Of a DNA stretch of 64,000 nucleotides, positions 15,054 to 31,581 are shown one piece after another. The notes under the pieces were generated by a model. That model made no database searches. It saw only the letters and a program-made list of their open reading frames with translations, and was not told the DNA's origin. The position numbers were made by a program, and so were the translations under genes. The first letter of the stretch is position 1. Every line of letters begins with the position of its first letter. Origin of the DNA: the human T2T-CHM13v2.0 reference genome, Homo sapiens. The stretch lies in the NCBI RefSeq assembly GCF_009914755.1, contig NC_060926.1. One strand, 5' to 3'.

Positions 15054-15426
15054 TTAAATCAGCACTCTACTTATTTATCAACAAATATAAGGTATTACCT
15101 TCAAGGTCAAAAGCTTTGCTTTTACAGTTCTAAGGCTGAAACTCCTTTCTTCTAAAAATAAATACATTCTATTCCATCTTCACTTAAACATTCAAGAAAG
15201 AATTTTGGCATATAAGAGGATCCAAGGTAATGAATGGCTGAATTACATGAAGTAATGGGAATTAAATACTTTAAGTGGTAGAAAATAAAAAAGCATCACA
15301 AAGAAGGTCTTATGTAAATATAGCAGCAAATTTTGCTTAGGGAATAAGTGTACTGATATGTCGACTGGTATCAGATACCAGCAATTAATTCTTTCTTCCA
15401 AAACCTGTTTTAAAGTCGATGTTCTA

Positions 15427-15569
15427 GGCCAGGTGCAGTGACTCATGCCTGTAATTGGAGGCCGAGGCGGGAGAACTGACTGAGCCCAGGAGGTTCGGGG
15501 CTGCAGTAAGCTATGATTATGCCACTGTACTCCAGCCTGGGTGAGACAGTGAGACCCTGTTTCCAAAAA
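15427..15569 (+). mobile_element. Alu monomer (FRAM/FAM-like or arm-deleted AluJ)
   Basis: Alu 5' start running directly into right-arm end. Confidence 0.8.
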
Positions 15570-16183
15570 TCATAAAGCTGGGTGTTCTAACTTATTAATG
15601 ATCAGTCCAGGTTAAAAGAAGCTAACTTTTAAATAAAGCAGAGGTTATCACCTCTGCTAGAACTATCTAGAACTGACAGACAATCCATGTAGATGCTTTC
15701 CTGATGGAAAATAGTAAGACAAAACCAAAACCCAACCAACAAAACAATCAAAACCAAACTATCTGAGTGCAAACTAAACTTTACAATGCCAAATGTCAGG
15801 GGAAAGAGAAATCCTGTTTTCCTGTCACCCAAAGAAATATATTACCCACTAAAACTTTATTATCCTAAAAGAGTATCTCAGAAATGGTAGAAAATGTACA
15901 CACTTCCTGCACGTTTTATGGTCCACACTCCACCATCCCCAAAATTTCCCAAAACATCTTCCTTTTTATAATTCCCCTGCTCAGTTTTATCAACTCTCCT
16001 GACTTCAACTGTGTCTATCAACCATCTCCTACAGAATTCCATTCCTTTGTCCTAGGCTCAGCCCTCCATCTCTACTAGCAACAATTATTTCAACCACAAA
16101 TTCAATCCATTCCAACTAGTGTCATCTTGGAGTCCCCAGATCAGTTTTCCCCTCACAAACGTGCCAATGATATAACTTTAAAA

Positions 16184-16262
16184 CAACGGATTCATCTCTT
16201 GTATTCCTGATAGCTAATCACCAACGGATTCATCTCTTGTATTCCTGATAGCTAATCACCAA
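16184..16262. repeat. Perfect 38-bp tandem duplication
   Basis: (caacggattcatctcttgtattcctgatagctaatcac)x2 followed by caa. Confidence 0.97.
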
Positions 16263-16338
16263 TCCTATAAAATTCATACTTTGAAATGTCTGGCATTCTT
16301 CCTTCCTTCCTTACTTTCTCCCTGTTTAAATAAAGTAG

Positions 16339-16647
<309 letters not shown>

Positions 16648-18526
16648 CCGCTCCTACCTTCTTTAGTGCTAGTTTCTTCCCATTCCACTCTGTTCTGAAG
16701 GTTATGTCTTCCAAGCATTGATTTATTCACGTTATTCCTCTGTTCAAAAACTTTCAAAGGCTCCTTAAGTAAGGTTAAAAATAGTGCAACCCTCACCAAT
16801 AGTATTCAGTGCTTTTCATTCTCTCACCATACTTATTCAAATGTGTCCTATCAGCCACCAGTCACCAAACTGCCCAGATTTCTATTCATGCTATAACAGC
16901 ATTTCCCAAAGTAGTTCCTCACAAGTAACCCAATGAAATACTAATCAATACAGATGTATAATCTAAAAAAGAAAAAAATGCTGCTTCCTTTCCTTAAATA
17001 GGTTTATTTCCCACAGGATTTCTCAGAAACTTTAACATGCTAATAAGCATTTTTATAACATTTAATAATACCTATTAATATCTTACGAACCATTTTTGGA
17101 GAAACACTTTGCCTTGCCTCTATTCTTACCTTTTTTTTTTTTAAACCTTGTTAGTAAACATCTTCCTCTCATCTCTCTACCTATACAAATCTAGATTCCC
17201 CATTAAACTTCTCTCTTCTCTATTAGGTCTCCTGGAGCCTTTTTTGATTTTCTGTTCCTCTGAACTTCTACACAGTTATCTGTATCATGCAATTTAGTGA
17301 CTTACTATATTGATTTATATTGCAGATCACACACTGATTTATATTGTTGATTACTACTCCATGTATCTATCTTAAATACTCCAATAAATCTGTAAGCTTC
17401 TTGAGAAAATGAACACATACATACTTCTACAGACAATACAAAAAAAGCACACAGTTGACTATTTACATTTTCACAGTAAGAAACTTGTTCACCCGCTCTC
17501 TCAAGTTCTTGAGCCTTTATTAACCCTGTGCCCAAACAAGGCTGCCAAATGAAAGCAGCAAAGACATTTATTAAAAATTTATCTGACTTTCCCCTTCATA
17601 TGCAAGAAAAACCAAGAACACTTCCACTGCAGTTTAGTGTGACTGGTTATCCCCTGAAATTTATCAACTACCTTCTTCATTAACACAAGAGATAATGCAG
17701 GGAAATAGCCTAAACAGTCAAAACTTCATCTTCAAGGCTTTCACAACAGAACCATAAAATCCTCTTCCACTTGTGAATCAAGTAAGTATACAAACCCTGC
17801 CCAAGCTGTTACTATGAACAAAGCTTACTAACTCAAACATCACAGGAGATGTTGGAACCAAAATTAAAGTCCAATCTTACTTTATGTTAAATTTCTTGAA
17901 AAAAAATTTTTAAATAATTCTGATGCTCACTAAAGTCCGAGAAAAAAATGTTTAAAAAGAAGTTTTAAAATATTTTTTAATCCAAATTTTCTACTCATTA
18001 AAAACATGAGGCTAAAACTCACATTCTCAAAACCTTTTTACTCTAGAAAATCTCCAATATATACCAAAGTAGGAAAGCATAACAAACTCCCATGTACCCA
18101 ACACCCAAATTCCACAAACTCTGGGACAATTCTATTTCATGTATAACCCAAACTACCTCATTTTGAAACAAATCCGAGATATAACATTTCATCTGCAAAT
18201 ATTTCATTATGTACTGCTCAAAGATAAAGAACTTACAAAAAATCTCTCATCATGTTATTCTTAGAATAAAAATACACTAAATCTACAGTGTTAAAAAATG
18301 ACTTTAGGGCAAGTCATTTAATTCTCCTAAATTCTCTCATATGCACGTAAGACTAAACCTAACGTTCCTCTTGCTTCTCTTAGTTTCTTCCCCCACAGGT
18401 TTATATGTTGGCTTCTGAAACATAATTCTTAATGTCAAGAGTTTTTAAAAAGCTACAAATTTAACACAATTACAGAATTGGTAGAGGTATGAAACACAGA
18501 ATGCAACTATCACATCTGAACAAAGT

Positions 18527-18811
<285 letters not shown>

Positions 18812-19197
18812 GCAACCAAACAGGTAAAATTTACATTACACATTTCCACACAAATCTACGTTTATTCTGTATCTATTATTGGCATCTCTTCATTTTATCC
18901 ATCAAAAAAAAGAATGCAGAAAAAAAAAAGATGAGTAAGCAATGACTGCCCAATCCCAAAACAAGAAATACATGTTAGCTATAATACAAGACAAAGGACA
19001 AGTGCTATTAAACAAGCGGTAATTCAAAGGTGGCAAGAAGAAGGGAAGGCTGCGGGATAAGGCAGTATCTGGGCTAAGTCTTGAAAGATGTCAACCTGAA
19101 GGTTACTCCACTATTCCTGTTTCTAAAGTGCTGTGGGGTTCAATGTTAATATACCATTTATCACATTATACTAGAATCATGTGCATGTCTGTCTAAC

Positions 19198-19421
19198 CCA
19201 ATGATTCTTAAGGGGGAGATGAAGAACTGTCCTCCAGGGGACATCTGGCAATGTGTGAAGCCATTTTTTTTATTATCACAACTGCCTGGGGTACAGAGTG
19301 CTACCAGCATCTAGTGGGTAAGTCAGGAATGCTCCTCAACATCCTACAATGCAGAGGACAGCCCCAAAACAAAGAATCATCAGGCCCAAAATATCAACAG
19401 TGCAGAGGTTGAGAAATCATA
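19198..19421. mobile_element. MER20 (hAT-Charlie)
   Basis: ggggacatctggcaatg...tgctaccagcatctagtgggta...aacatcctacaatgca...ggcccaaaatatcaacagtgc...gaggttgagaaa. Confidence 0.85.
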
Positions 19422-19810
19422 GTCTAACTTGTTAGATTATGAGCACCTTTAGTGCAAGAATTATCATATTCATCTTTGTAATTCCAGTATCTGGCATGCA
19501 CAGCAAGAGCGCTGTAAGTTATCTGTAGACTCAACAGACCTCAATTTAAAGGTAATGGAAGAGCCAGTAAAGACTTTACAGAAAGCAACATGATCTGTGT
19601 TTAGGGAAAATGACTGATACCAAAATGATGTATTGGAACAGTTTCTAGTATCTTACAAAATTTAAAATGCACATATTCTCCAACCTTGGGATTGTGCTTT
19701 CAGATGTATATGCTTCAGATATGCATACTTTAACAAAAGAAATGACACATCTGTATAAGGATATCTACTGCAGCATTTTTGAAATAAGATTAAAAATTTT
19801 TGTGACATCT

Positions 19811-20110
19811 GGCCAGGCACGGTGGCTCATGCCTGTAATCCCAGCACTTTGGGAGGCCGAGGCAGGTAGATCACCTGAGGTCAGGAGTTTGATAACAGCC
19901 TGGCCAACATGGTGAAACACTGTCTCTACTAAAAATACAAAAAATTAGCCAGGTGTGGTGGCATGGGCCTGTAGTCCCAGCTACTCAGGAGGCTGAGGCA
20001 GGAAGATCACTTGAGCCAGAGAGGCGGAAGTTGTAGTGAGCCAAGATTGCGCCACTGCACTCCAGCCTGAGCAACAGAGCAAGACTCCAACTCAAAAAAA
20101 AAAAAAAAAA
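19811..20110 (+). mobile_element. AluS
   Basis: Full Alu consensus. Confidence 0.93.
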
Positions 20111-20220
20111 GTTACACTGATTTTGGGGGAGGAATTAAAAAGATTAAAAATGTAAAAATTTTTTTTAAAAATAAATTTTTGTTAATGCACCAGAAAGGAG
20201 GGGGCATGGAAAATGGAAGT

Positions 20221-20498
20221 TGTTTTTTAAGAGAGAGTCACCCAGGCTGGAGTGCAATGACTCAATCATAACTCACTGTAGGCTTGACCTCCTGGGTTCA
20301 ATCAATCCTCCCATCTCCGCCTCTCTGAGCAGACAGGACTATGGGCACACATTACTGTGACCAGCTAATTTTTTTTTGTTTTTTGGTAGAGGCAAGGTCT
20401 TGCTTGGTTGCCCAGACTGGTTTCAACTTCCTGGCTTCAAGCAATTCTCCCAGCCTCAGCCTCCCAAAGTGCTGGGATTATGCCACCACACTCAGCCT
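20221..20498 (-). mobile_element. AluJ
   Basis: Diverged reverse Alu. Confidence 0.85.
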
Positions 20499-20527
20499 AG
20501 ATTAGATGTCTTAATAGTAGTCTAGGA

Positions 20528-20830
20528 CAGCGGTCCCCAACCTTTTTGGCACCAGGGACCAGTTTCATGGAAGACAATTTTACTGCTGACAAGGGAGATG
20601 GTTTCAGGGTGAAACTGTTCCACTCACTCAGATCATTAGGTATTAGATTTTTCATAAGGAGCTTGCAACCTAGATCCCTCGCATGTGCAATTCACAATAG
20701 GGTTCGGGCTCCTATGAGAATCTAATGCTGCTGTTGATGTGACAGGAGGCGGAGCTCAGCCAGTCATGCTTATCGCCCACTGCTTACTTTTTGCACTGTG
20801 GCCTTGGCACCCGGGGGTGCAAGACCCCTG
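20528..20830. mobile_element. MER1B (hAT) with perfect 8-bp TSD GTCTAGGA
   Basis: cagcggtccccaacctttttggcaccagggacc...gacccctg; gtctagga at 20520-20527 and 20831-20838. Confidence 0.9.
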
Positions 20831-21654
20831 GTCTAGGAGACCAGTAAGAGCCAAACTAACAAACTGAGAATGGAGAGGATGAACAGATAACAAAAATATG
20901 GCAGAAACAGAACAAAAAGGACTTGGAACTTTCCACCAGGAAACAGAAGATTGAAGTTTGCATGTGTGCCCAGCAGCTAAAGGTAGCTGGAGAAAAAACA
21001 CAACTGTGCTAATTATTCAAGCAGGCACCCAGTACTGCTGCAATTCTACATCTCACATTTCACTTTCCAATTCTCAGATGACCACTTCATACCTTCTTCC
21101 TTCTCAAACTTCCTAACACCTGGCCCTCTCACCCATCTTAGCTTGTTTCTTATCACAAAAGGAAATAAGGAATAATCTGACAAGAATTATCTTATCTTCC
21201 AATCAACATATCTGTATCTCTGAATGTCTATCCAATGCCCTTTCCCTGTTATAATGACCCCTACTCCTGTGTCCAACCCTTAAACCTGTGTCCTGTGTTT
21301 CACCTTGCTTGTTTTCTTAAAACATCCCTCTCTCATCCTCTTTCATACTTTCTCTCCTCTATCATTAATTTGTGGCGAGATTCTTAGAAAACCAACCTCC
21401 TCAACCAGGTCCACCTCCAGCTACCACCTATTTCAATGTTGCTCACAACACGAGTAAAAAAAAAAAAAAAAAAAAAGTCTGTAATTACTCTCACTAAATC
21501 CTCTTCACCTTTTAAATCATTCTACTCATGCTTTCCTCCCCAGCACTCTTAATGAAACCACTTGTTAAAAGTCACCAACAATCATTATCTTACTAAATCC
21601 AATATCCCGTTCTCTCTCATCTTATGTACCCTCCACAATATATGAATAGATAAT

Positions 21655-21935
<281 letters not shown>

Positions 21936-22600
21936 AAAAGAAAGGGATAAGCATTCCCTCCTCCTTTCTTAAGTAATTTACACACTTGGCTTCCAGAATA
22001 TACTTGGCTTTCATGGAAGCTCCTTCTGTTTCCTTTGCTAGCTCTTCCTCTACTTCTCACCCTCTATATGTTGGGAATGCCCTAGGACTCATTCCTAAGG
22101 CTTTCCCTCAATTTTGGATACTTAAGTTTCAGTTCCTGAATTTCTATTTGGTTATTTTACAAATCTGCAGTGTCATTTCTGTTACAGTCTCCAACTCTGT
22201 TAAAATTTTTTCAAGCTTGGCTTGTATTCCCTAGACCACAGTAAGTAGTTTTTAGTCTATTTCCATTGTTTCTGCTGGTTCTCATTCACGGTATCTTACC
22301 TTCTCATATGCCTGGTGGGTTACATTTGATTCTGTGCCAGACCCTGCATTTAAAAAGTCTAGAATAGTAACTTGAGGCTCAGAATATGATTTCCCAAGTT
22401 CTTCTCTATGTATATTCTTTCTCTACTAAGTTAGAAATTCTTAAACCAGCTGCACTTCAAAATCACTTTGGGATTTTTACAACACAACTTTCCTGGTTTC
22501 ATGCAGAGCAATTAAACTAGAATTGGGAGGAGGATGAACACAAGTTGTTGGCACTTCTAGAAAGTTCTCTGTGAGATCCTACAATGCAGTCAAAAGTTGG

Positions 22601-22886
<286 letters not shown>

Positions 22887-23128
22887 CTATGACCTGAATA
22901 TTTCATCGAGTCATATCTGTATACACTAATGACACCCTAAATTCTACCTCCAGCCCAACCTGACCACTAGATTCTGATATTCCACTGTTTACTGGAACCA
23001 TCCACTTGTAGATCTAATAGTCATTTCAGATTTAACAAAGCCATAACAGACTTAATTCCCACTTTACTCCACCCTTCCCTAGATTTTCTTCATTACTAGC
23101 CTAGCCAAACTATCATCTTTTGCTTGTA

Positions 23129-23425
23129 CAGTCAGCCCTCCACAGGTTCTATATCTGTGGATCCAATTAACTGTAAATCAAAAATGTTTTTTTAAAAACA
23201 CAAAAATAAAAATATAAAATTTAAAATACAGTACAACTATATATATAGCATTTACATTATATTAGGTATTATAAGTAACTAAGAGATGATTTAAAGCTTG
23301 TGGGAGGATGTGTGTAGGTTATATGCAAATACTACAAGAGACTAGAGCATCTGGGGATTTTGATATTCTAGGGGGTGTAGGGAGTATCCTAGAACCAATG
23401 CCCAATGGATACTGAGGAATGACTC
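23129..23425. mobile_element. MER2 (Tigger-derived)
   Basis: TA-flanked cagtcagccctcc...tagcatttacattatattaggtattataagtaa...ggatactgaggaatgac. Confidence 0.8.
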
Positions 23426-23821
23426 TATTGCTCCATCAGCCTTATGCTTACTCTGAGGCAGGGACCTGCTGGCGTGATCTTTTAAATACATAAATTATAT
23501 CAGTTCCCTATTTAAAACCTGCCAATGTTTTCCTATGAGACATGAAATAAATCCAATTTCCCTACCATGGCGTATATTATCTGGCCCCTGACTGATTCCA
23601 ATCTTATTTTCTAACACTCCTCATTCATGAAATTCCAGCCACCTTGCTCATTCCCTCTTCCTGGAATACTCTTTCCTCCAAATGTCAATGTGACAGGCTC
23701 CTTTATCAATGTTCAGATCTGTAGTTCAATTTCATTTTCTCATAAGGCGGGATTTCCTAACCATCATATTTAAAATAACCACCATACTCCATGGTTATTC
23801 CATAACTCTGCTTTACTTTCC

Positions 23822-23958
23822 TTTTTAATTTTCTTTTTTATGAGATGGGGGTCTCACTATGTTGCCCAGGCTGGTCTCGAACTCCTGGGCTTAAGTGAAC
23901 CTCCCACTTCGGTATTCCAATGTGCTGGAATTAAAGGCATGAACCACTGCTCCCTGCG
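23822..23958 (-). mobile_element. FLAM / Alu left monomer
   Basis: gagatgggggtctcactatgttgcccaggctggtctcgaactcctgggct. Confidence 0.85.
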
Positions 23959-24104
23959 CTGCTTTATTTTCTTCATAACACTAATTATTTAAAAGTATTG
24001 TATTTGCTTATTTGTCTTCATCCACTAGAATACAAGATTCATGAGAAGAGGGACTTAGTCTTTTTCACTGCTGCAAAGAACATTACCTAGAATAGTGTAA
24101 TATA

Positions 24105-24437
24105 CAACCATTTGTCACTTAATGACTGGGATACATTCTGAGAAATACATCATTAGGCGATTTCATCACTGTACAAACATCACAGTCTTTCTTACACAAA
24201 CCTAGTGGTATAGTCTACTACATATCTAGGCTATAGGTATAGTCTATTGTTCACAGGCTAAGAACCTGTATAGCAAGTTACTCTACTGAGTACTATAGGC
24301 AACTGTAAACATGATGGTATGTATCTGTATATCTAAACATAACAGAAAAGGAATCGTAAAAGTCTTACATCTTATGGGACCACCATCATATATGTGGTTC
24401 GCTGCTGACTGAAACATCATTATGCAGCATGTGACTA
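24105..24437. mobile_element. Tigger3a / MER7A
   Basis: gggatacattctgagaaat...ttaggcgatttcatc...tacacaaacctag...atcttatgggaccaccatc; TA flanks. Confidence 0.85.
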
Positions 24438-24554
24438 TAACCTCAAACATTTGTTGACTGAATCAATGACTGACTAACCTAGGTTGCTGGGAGAATGATG
24501 GTCCTATTTTCATCAGAGAATTTATGAGATTTATGAAAACAACGTCACATGTTA

Positions 24555-24857
<303 letters not shown>

Positions 24858-25089
24858 CTGTTAAGTTGAATACAAAAATTGTCCCCAAGAACCACTAAAA
24901 TGATGAGGCAGTTTAGAGAACAAGCTGTAATAAAGTTCTTCTCTTGGAATAAAATACGGCATTACTGAAAAATATATCAACACTCTAATGAAGAGCACAC
25001 ATCAGGTGATTTCCATTCTTTTATGTTCATCCAGAATCCTTATTTGCATTATTGTTGCTGACTAAATTATGGGGTAAATTTGGTTATTA

Positions 25090-25320
<231 letters not shown>

Positions 25321-26172
25321 TTAATAAGTTGAATTAGTTGAGCTCTCTAAAATTCTATGGTTTAAATCACATAGCTATATCAGAACAAGTAAATGGTTAT
25401 AATATTTACTAATGTTAAATTAAATACACTTCAGGTTGATGAAAGTATCATCCTTAAGGATGGGTCTCATGGAACTATGAACACTATTTTTCCATAGAAT
25501 ACTAAGAAACCAAAGTGTGACCAAAACCATATATTTAAAATTACTTTATTTTAAAGGTCACACAATGCATTTTAGATCTTCTAGTCTAAGAAAGTATAAT
25601 TTAAAATACCCAATTTCTTCCACATACTGTTCCCACTACATCAGAAGACTTGTAAATCCATACAAACTAAATTCAAAAACTACACCTCAAAGTTTCTAAA
25701 TTGTTATACTAAAAAAAGTCTAGTAAGAACTTATGTATACCTCAACTCAACATGACTAAACCTGAAGGCAAAAAAATGATGACATTATTTGTAGTGTGGG
25801 ACAAAAGATTAATATCCCAGACATATAAAGACATTTACAACATCTTTATGTATACAGTATACAAGAAGTATGCTATACTAGTGGGGGAAAATAAAAAACA
25901 TAAAAGGCAATTTAACAAAAAAACACAAATAGCCAATGAACATGCACATATGTTCAACTTCCTTAATAAAAACTCCACTGTACACTACTTGTGAGGTGAA
26001 AGAGGTAAATAACATCTTAATATTATGAAAATAGCTTTGACTTCACTCTCCCATTAAAGGATCACGGGGACACCTCCCCCAGGGGTCTCAGATCACACAC
26101 TGAGAACCACTCCATTAGTATTTTGGGATAATATTATATGATGTCAGATTTGCTTTAAAATAACCCAGCAAA

Positions 26173-26627
<455 letters not shown>

Positions 26628-26643
26628 TTACCAATATTACTGA

Positions 26644-26770
26644 TTTTTTTTTTTTAAAGAGATGGGGGTCTATCTTGCCCAAGCTGGTCTTAAACTCCTG
26701 GCCTCAAGCAATTCTCCCACCTCAACCTCCGGAGTAGCTGGAACTAAAGGCATGTACCACCACACTGGGA
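26644..26770 (-). mobile_element. Alu monomer (FLAM-like)
   Basis: Poly-T then gagatgggggtct...ctggtcttaaactcctggcctcaagc. Confidence 0.8.
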
Positions 26771-26960
26771 TTCAAATCATCAATTTTTTAAATCCATTTC
26801 TGTAATTACTGTTATTTCCTCATTTCCAACTCATTTCCTCAGGATCCATTTTTCCTACTTAATCCTACAGTAGTCAGTTCAATAAAGGTCTTTGAATAAT
26901 AGTATTTTAAATATCTTCACTAAACTCTGAATCTTGAATAGTAGTTTAATTGCCCACTGA

Positions 26961-27349
<389 letters not shown>

Positions 27350-28528
27350 TGGGCTATCATTCCTTGTAAGTAATCTGTCTTCTCTCTGTTAACATTTAAG
27401 ATGTTAATGTAACATCTCTGTAATGTCTGTGATTTTAGTTCAAGTCAGAGATGAACTTATTTCTACTTATCAACATACTTGAAATAAAACTTGATCTGTA
27501 GATTGTACTTCTTCAACACAAGAAAATTCTTAGCCATTATTTCATCAAACATTGCTTCTCTTGCCATTCACTTTATTCTTTTCTTCTGAAATTCCTACAC
27601 TGGTGGTTCTCAATCTATCCTCCATGTCTTAACTGCTCGTTCATTATCTCTGTGTGGTATTCTGGGTAAATTCCTAAGCATATTACTATTTGCTCAATCC
27701 ATTCTAAAGGTTGTCTTTTTTCTCCCCGAAAAACTTTTATGTTTCATCTAAGAAAAAGCACTACCAGTTTAAAAAAAAAGAGAGAGAAACACTGACATGC
27801 CTTGAATAGCAAGATGCACTCCGATTTCAAAAAATTGTCTTAGAATCAATGAAATGGGTTTCTCATGTACAGGATTTGATTGTTTTTCCGTATTTATTGT
27901 TTTTGTTTCACTTCTTTTCTATAGATGCTATTGCTTCTTTTATCTCACTGACAATTGCAAGCATACTGATTTTCAAAGTCTTCAACAGAATGTTTTGTTT
28001 TCTTTAATCTGACATGAATTCATCTCCTAATTGTTGATTTTATCAGCTATCTTTCACAGATTTTGTCTTCATGTATTTTGGAATTTAGGTTTGCAGGATC
28101 ATCTTGAATACAATTTTTTTCTTTCTTTCTCAGTATTACAATTTTGGGTCTGGCATTTCTGCAAGCCCCAAAACTCATATATAACTCTTGTAAGCAGTAA
28201 TACTGGCTATATCACAAATCCAAACACTCAGCTAACAGTTCAATGGTTCAGATTGGTTCAGATGTGGTGGTCGTAAGACTGTGCTGATGTCCTCCTATTT
28301 TCCTGCATCATCGTCTCATCTCCGTAAATCTTCATTTAAGTCATACCTCAGGATAACAAACAGCAACAACTTTTTGTAGCTCCCCTTTAACAAAAAAGAG
28401 CCCTACTCCAGGCTCTTGTTTTCAGCAATGAATCTAACTCTGGGTTTTTCTGCATGTAGGGTACTTTTATCTATATTAATAGCTAATTAAATAGGATGTA
28501 ATTCTTGACCTAAATACTTAGCAAGTAT

Positions 28529-28868
28529 AGGAAGTCCTTATACCCTTATCCAAGGTTTTGCTTTCCACAATGGTTTGTTACCCATAGTCAATCACAGTCT
28601 GAAAACATGAAATTAAAAATTCCAGAAATAAAGACTTCGCAAGTTTTAAATTACATGCCATTCTTTGCACTAAGAAATCTCATGCTGTCTCATTCCATCC
28701 CACCTGGGACATGAATCATTCCTTTGTCCAGCCTATCCACTATACATGCTACCCACTCATTACCATATAGTAAAAACCATAGTGTATATAGGGTTTGGTA
28801 CTCCCTGAGGTTTCAGGATCCACTGGGGGTCTTTGAACTATCCCTCACTGATAAGGGGGGCGACTATT
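28529..28868. mobile_element. MER44A (Tigger7-derived)
   Basis: cccttatccaaggttttgctttcc...aaaattccagaaataaa...tgaatcattcctttgtccagc...gataaggggggcgactat. Confidence 0.8.
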
Positions 28869-30724
28869 CTATTTTCATCCTCCTAAAACTAAAAATTAAG
28901 CAATATTGTAAAAAGTGTATATGCAGTATAATTATGACAATATTTTAAAATATATGACACTAAGTCTTATTCCTAAGAGATAAGAGAAAATTTCACTTTC
29001 TACATTAAATATTTCCATAATGTTTTTGTTTTCCATATCAAGCCATGTATTACTTTTGTAAGCAAATCAACTTTAAGTACAGAAAATAAATAATTATAAG
29101 TCTCAAAATTAATAAACCAAAAAAATCGTTGGAAAATCAGAATATGAATAGGTTTTCCCCAAGCATTAAAATAAAAATCTTAATTTCTAAAATTTAAAGA
29201 CCATAGCATGCAATACATACATGATTCACAAATGAACAGGAACTCAGACATAACCAAGCTAAGTGGTATGATACCTAAATAAACCATCCTCAGGTTATTT
29301 TTGATAAGACAACTTTAAAGTCTACAGAAAGCAACAGTGTAAAAGTCTTACACAACAACCTTTTATGTTGTGTAAGAGGGGCAAAAGGAGATCTACCAAT
29401 TACTTAAAATCAGCACAGATCATAGTCATCACATTTTGTCTATTCTTTTTGTAACTCTAAAAAGACCACATTTCCATCATACACTCTACTTTTCAAGCAA
29501 TAGGGTTGGCCTTTTAGCAGTATTTGTGCATTTCTATAATCAACCAGTTCTGACAGTGATCCCTTAGGTAAAATCAGTAAGGATTTATCTTTCACCTTGT
29601 TAGAATCACAAATAAAAATGTTTCAGAAGACATTTCCTCCACTTACCATGTAGAAAATACTTTATTCAAGGCTAGTATTTTACCCTCAAAAAGGAAAAAA
29701 AAAAAATCTGAAATAAAAATAACCAAAAAAAGGGAAGAAAAATACAATACTGATATAAATTAAAGAGCACACTGCCAAGACACTATAGGAGAGTGAAAAG
29801 AACAAAGCCTAGTTGTGAAGCCTTGGGCCAGTTACTTTCCTATCCAACCGTGAGAATAGTAAATAGATTAATGTAAGAAAGAATTATATGAGATAATACA
29901 CCTAAAAACACCTAAACAGTACCCGATAGAGTAGGAGCCCATAAGAGATCCATCCCTCTTTCGCCTGTCAATCTTTAAATACTTAAATATTAAGTTAAAA
30001 AAGCCTGCCTTTTATAAGGCTTCTATTTTCTCAAAAAAAGATAGCTACCAGTTAACCTGCAACTATCCAGTTTTTCATGAATAATGGGGAATTCTAAACA
30101 TTAAGTTGTTTGCTTTTAAGAAGAAATGACTTCTATAAACTCTTCTTCCAACTTCAAACACCTGACTCCATTTTAAATGTGCCCAGTCTTGAAAGATTAA
30201 CTGTATTTTAGATAAAACAAAATCTGACAGAGGACTAAAATTTGAGAGACTGAATTAAGTCTTGGCTTAAATTTGGGGGAAATTTTGACATTGGAAAGAT
30301 ACATAAATTCACACTTTGCCTCCTCTTACCCAGTTTCAAATATACAGCAACGATAAAGTAAAAATGAGACAACAATGAAGTTTCCTAAAACAGCATGCAT
30401 TTCTCAGTGGGCCACAAATGGACAGAAATATGTAAGATTAGTAGGGTTTCAGCTTGGCGCCTGATGTTTCCAGGAAGATGGAGATTTGCCTTCTAAAGGA
30501 TAAGGAGTAGTAAAAGTACCCCAAAAAAGAAGGGAACAAAGTCAGACTTACTGCTTAATACAGGCTCGAGTAGAGGTCATTTTTGTTAAAGGGGTCCTTT
30601 AAACTTAACAAAAACAAACAAAAAGGCAAGTTCCAGAGCCCTGGTTTAAAAAAAAAAAAAGTACTTTCTCCTTTATTTTGGGAAATTGTTACATTAATGT
30701 CATGCTTATCAAAAGTAAAGTGCA

Positions 30725-31003
30725 GGCTAGGCACAGTGGCCCATGCCTATAATTCCAACACTTTGGGAGGCCAAGGCAAAAGGACTGCTTGTGCCTAGCA
30801 GTTCAAGACCAACTTGGGCAACATAGCAAGATGCCATCTCTACAAAAAATTTAAAACTTAGCTGGGCATGGTGGCGCTAGCCTGTAGTTCTACACATTCA
30901 GGAGGCTCAGGCCAGGAGTTTGAGATCACAATGCGTTATAATCATGCCACTGCACTCCAGCCTAGAAAACAGAGACCCTGTCTCTTAAAAAAAAAAAAAA
31001 AAA
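30725..31003 (+). mobile_element. AluJ with right-arm deletion
   Basis: Diverged Alu, A tail. Confidence 0.87.
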
Positions 31004-31581
31004 GTAAAAAAGGCAAACCAAGGATGTCAAAGTTTTCAGCATTTTCATCTGGGCATACTACACGTAACACTGAAACAAAAATGTTTTGCTCTGATTTTCT
31101 AGTGAGAAAAAGCATCTTAACATATCTCCCTTCTTGCCAATTAGAAAGATAGTATACCAAGAGAAAGTTTATATCCTCAAAATGAATTTATTACTAAATA
31201 TGCTATGTCTTATACAGCATTTTTATTCTCACTTGCTTTAACTTTTACTTTCTCAAATAATTTCCCCGTTCCTTTAAAATCAGGACAAAATTCAAATTTA
31301 ATGGCTTTCTGGAGTATTTATTTTACCCTTCCTGGGCAACATTCAATAAACTAAAATTCCATTTTGTATTCAATATACACAGTGTTTCTATTCTGATAAC
31401 ATTTGAAAAGAAATTACTTTACTGAAGAACTTGGTGCTTTATACCAACTTCATTTCATGACCAACATAAATCCACAAAAATCAAAGTTTCTAGATTTATT
31501 TTCTAACACCTATAGAACGCTGTAACATTAATTTTGTACACACATTAAAAACTAGTTTCTAAAAACTATCTTTTATGTCTT

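Noticed and set aside
16184-16262. Direct repeats resembling a CRISPR repeat pair
   Set aside because: No spacer, only two copies, eukaryotic intron; it is a tandem duplication.
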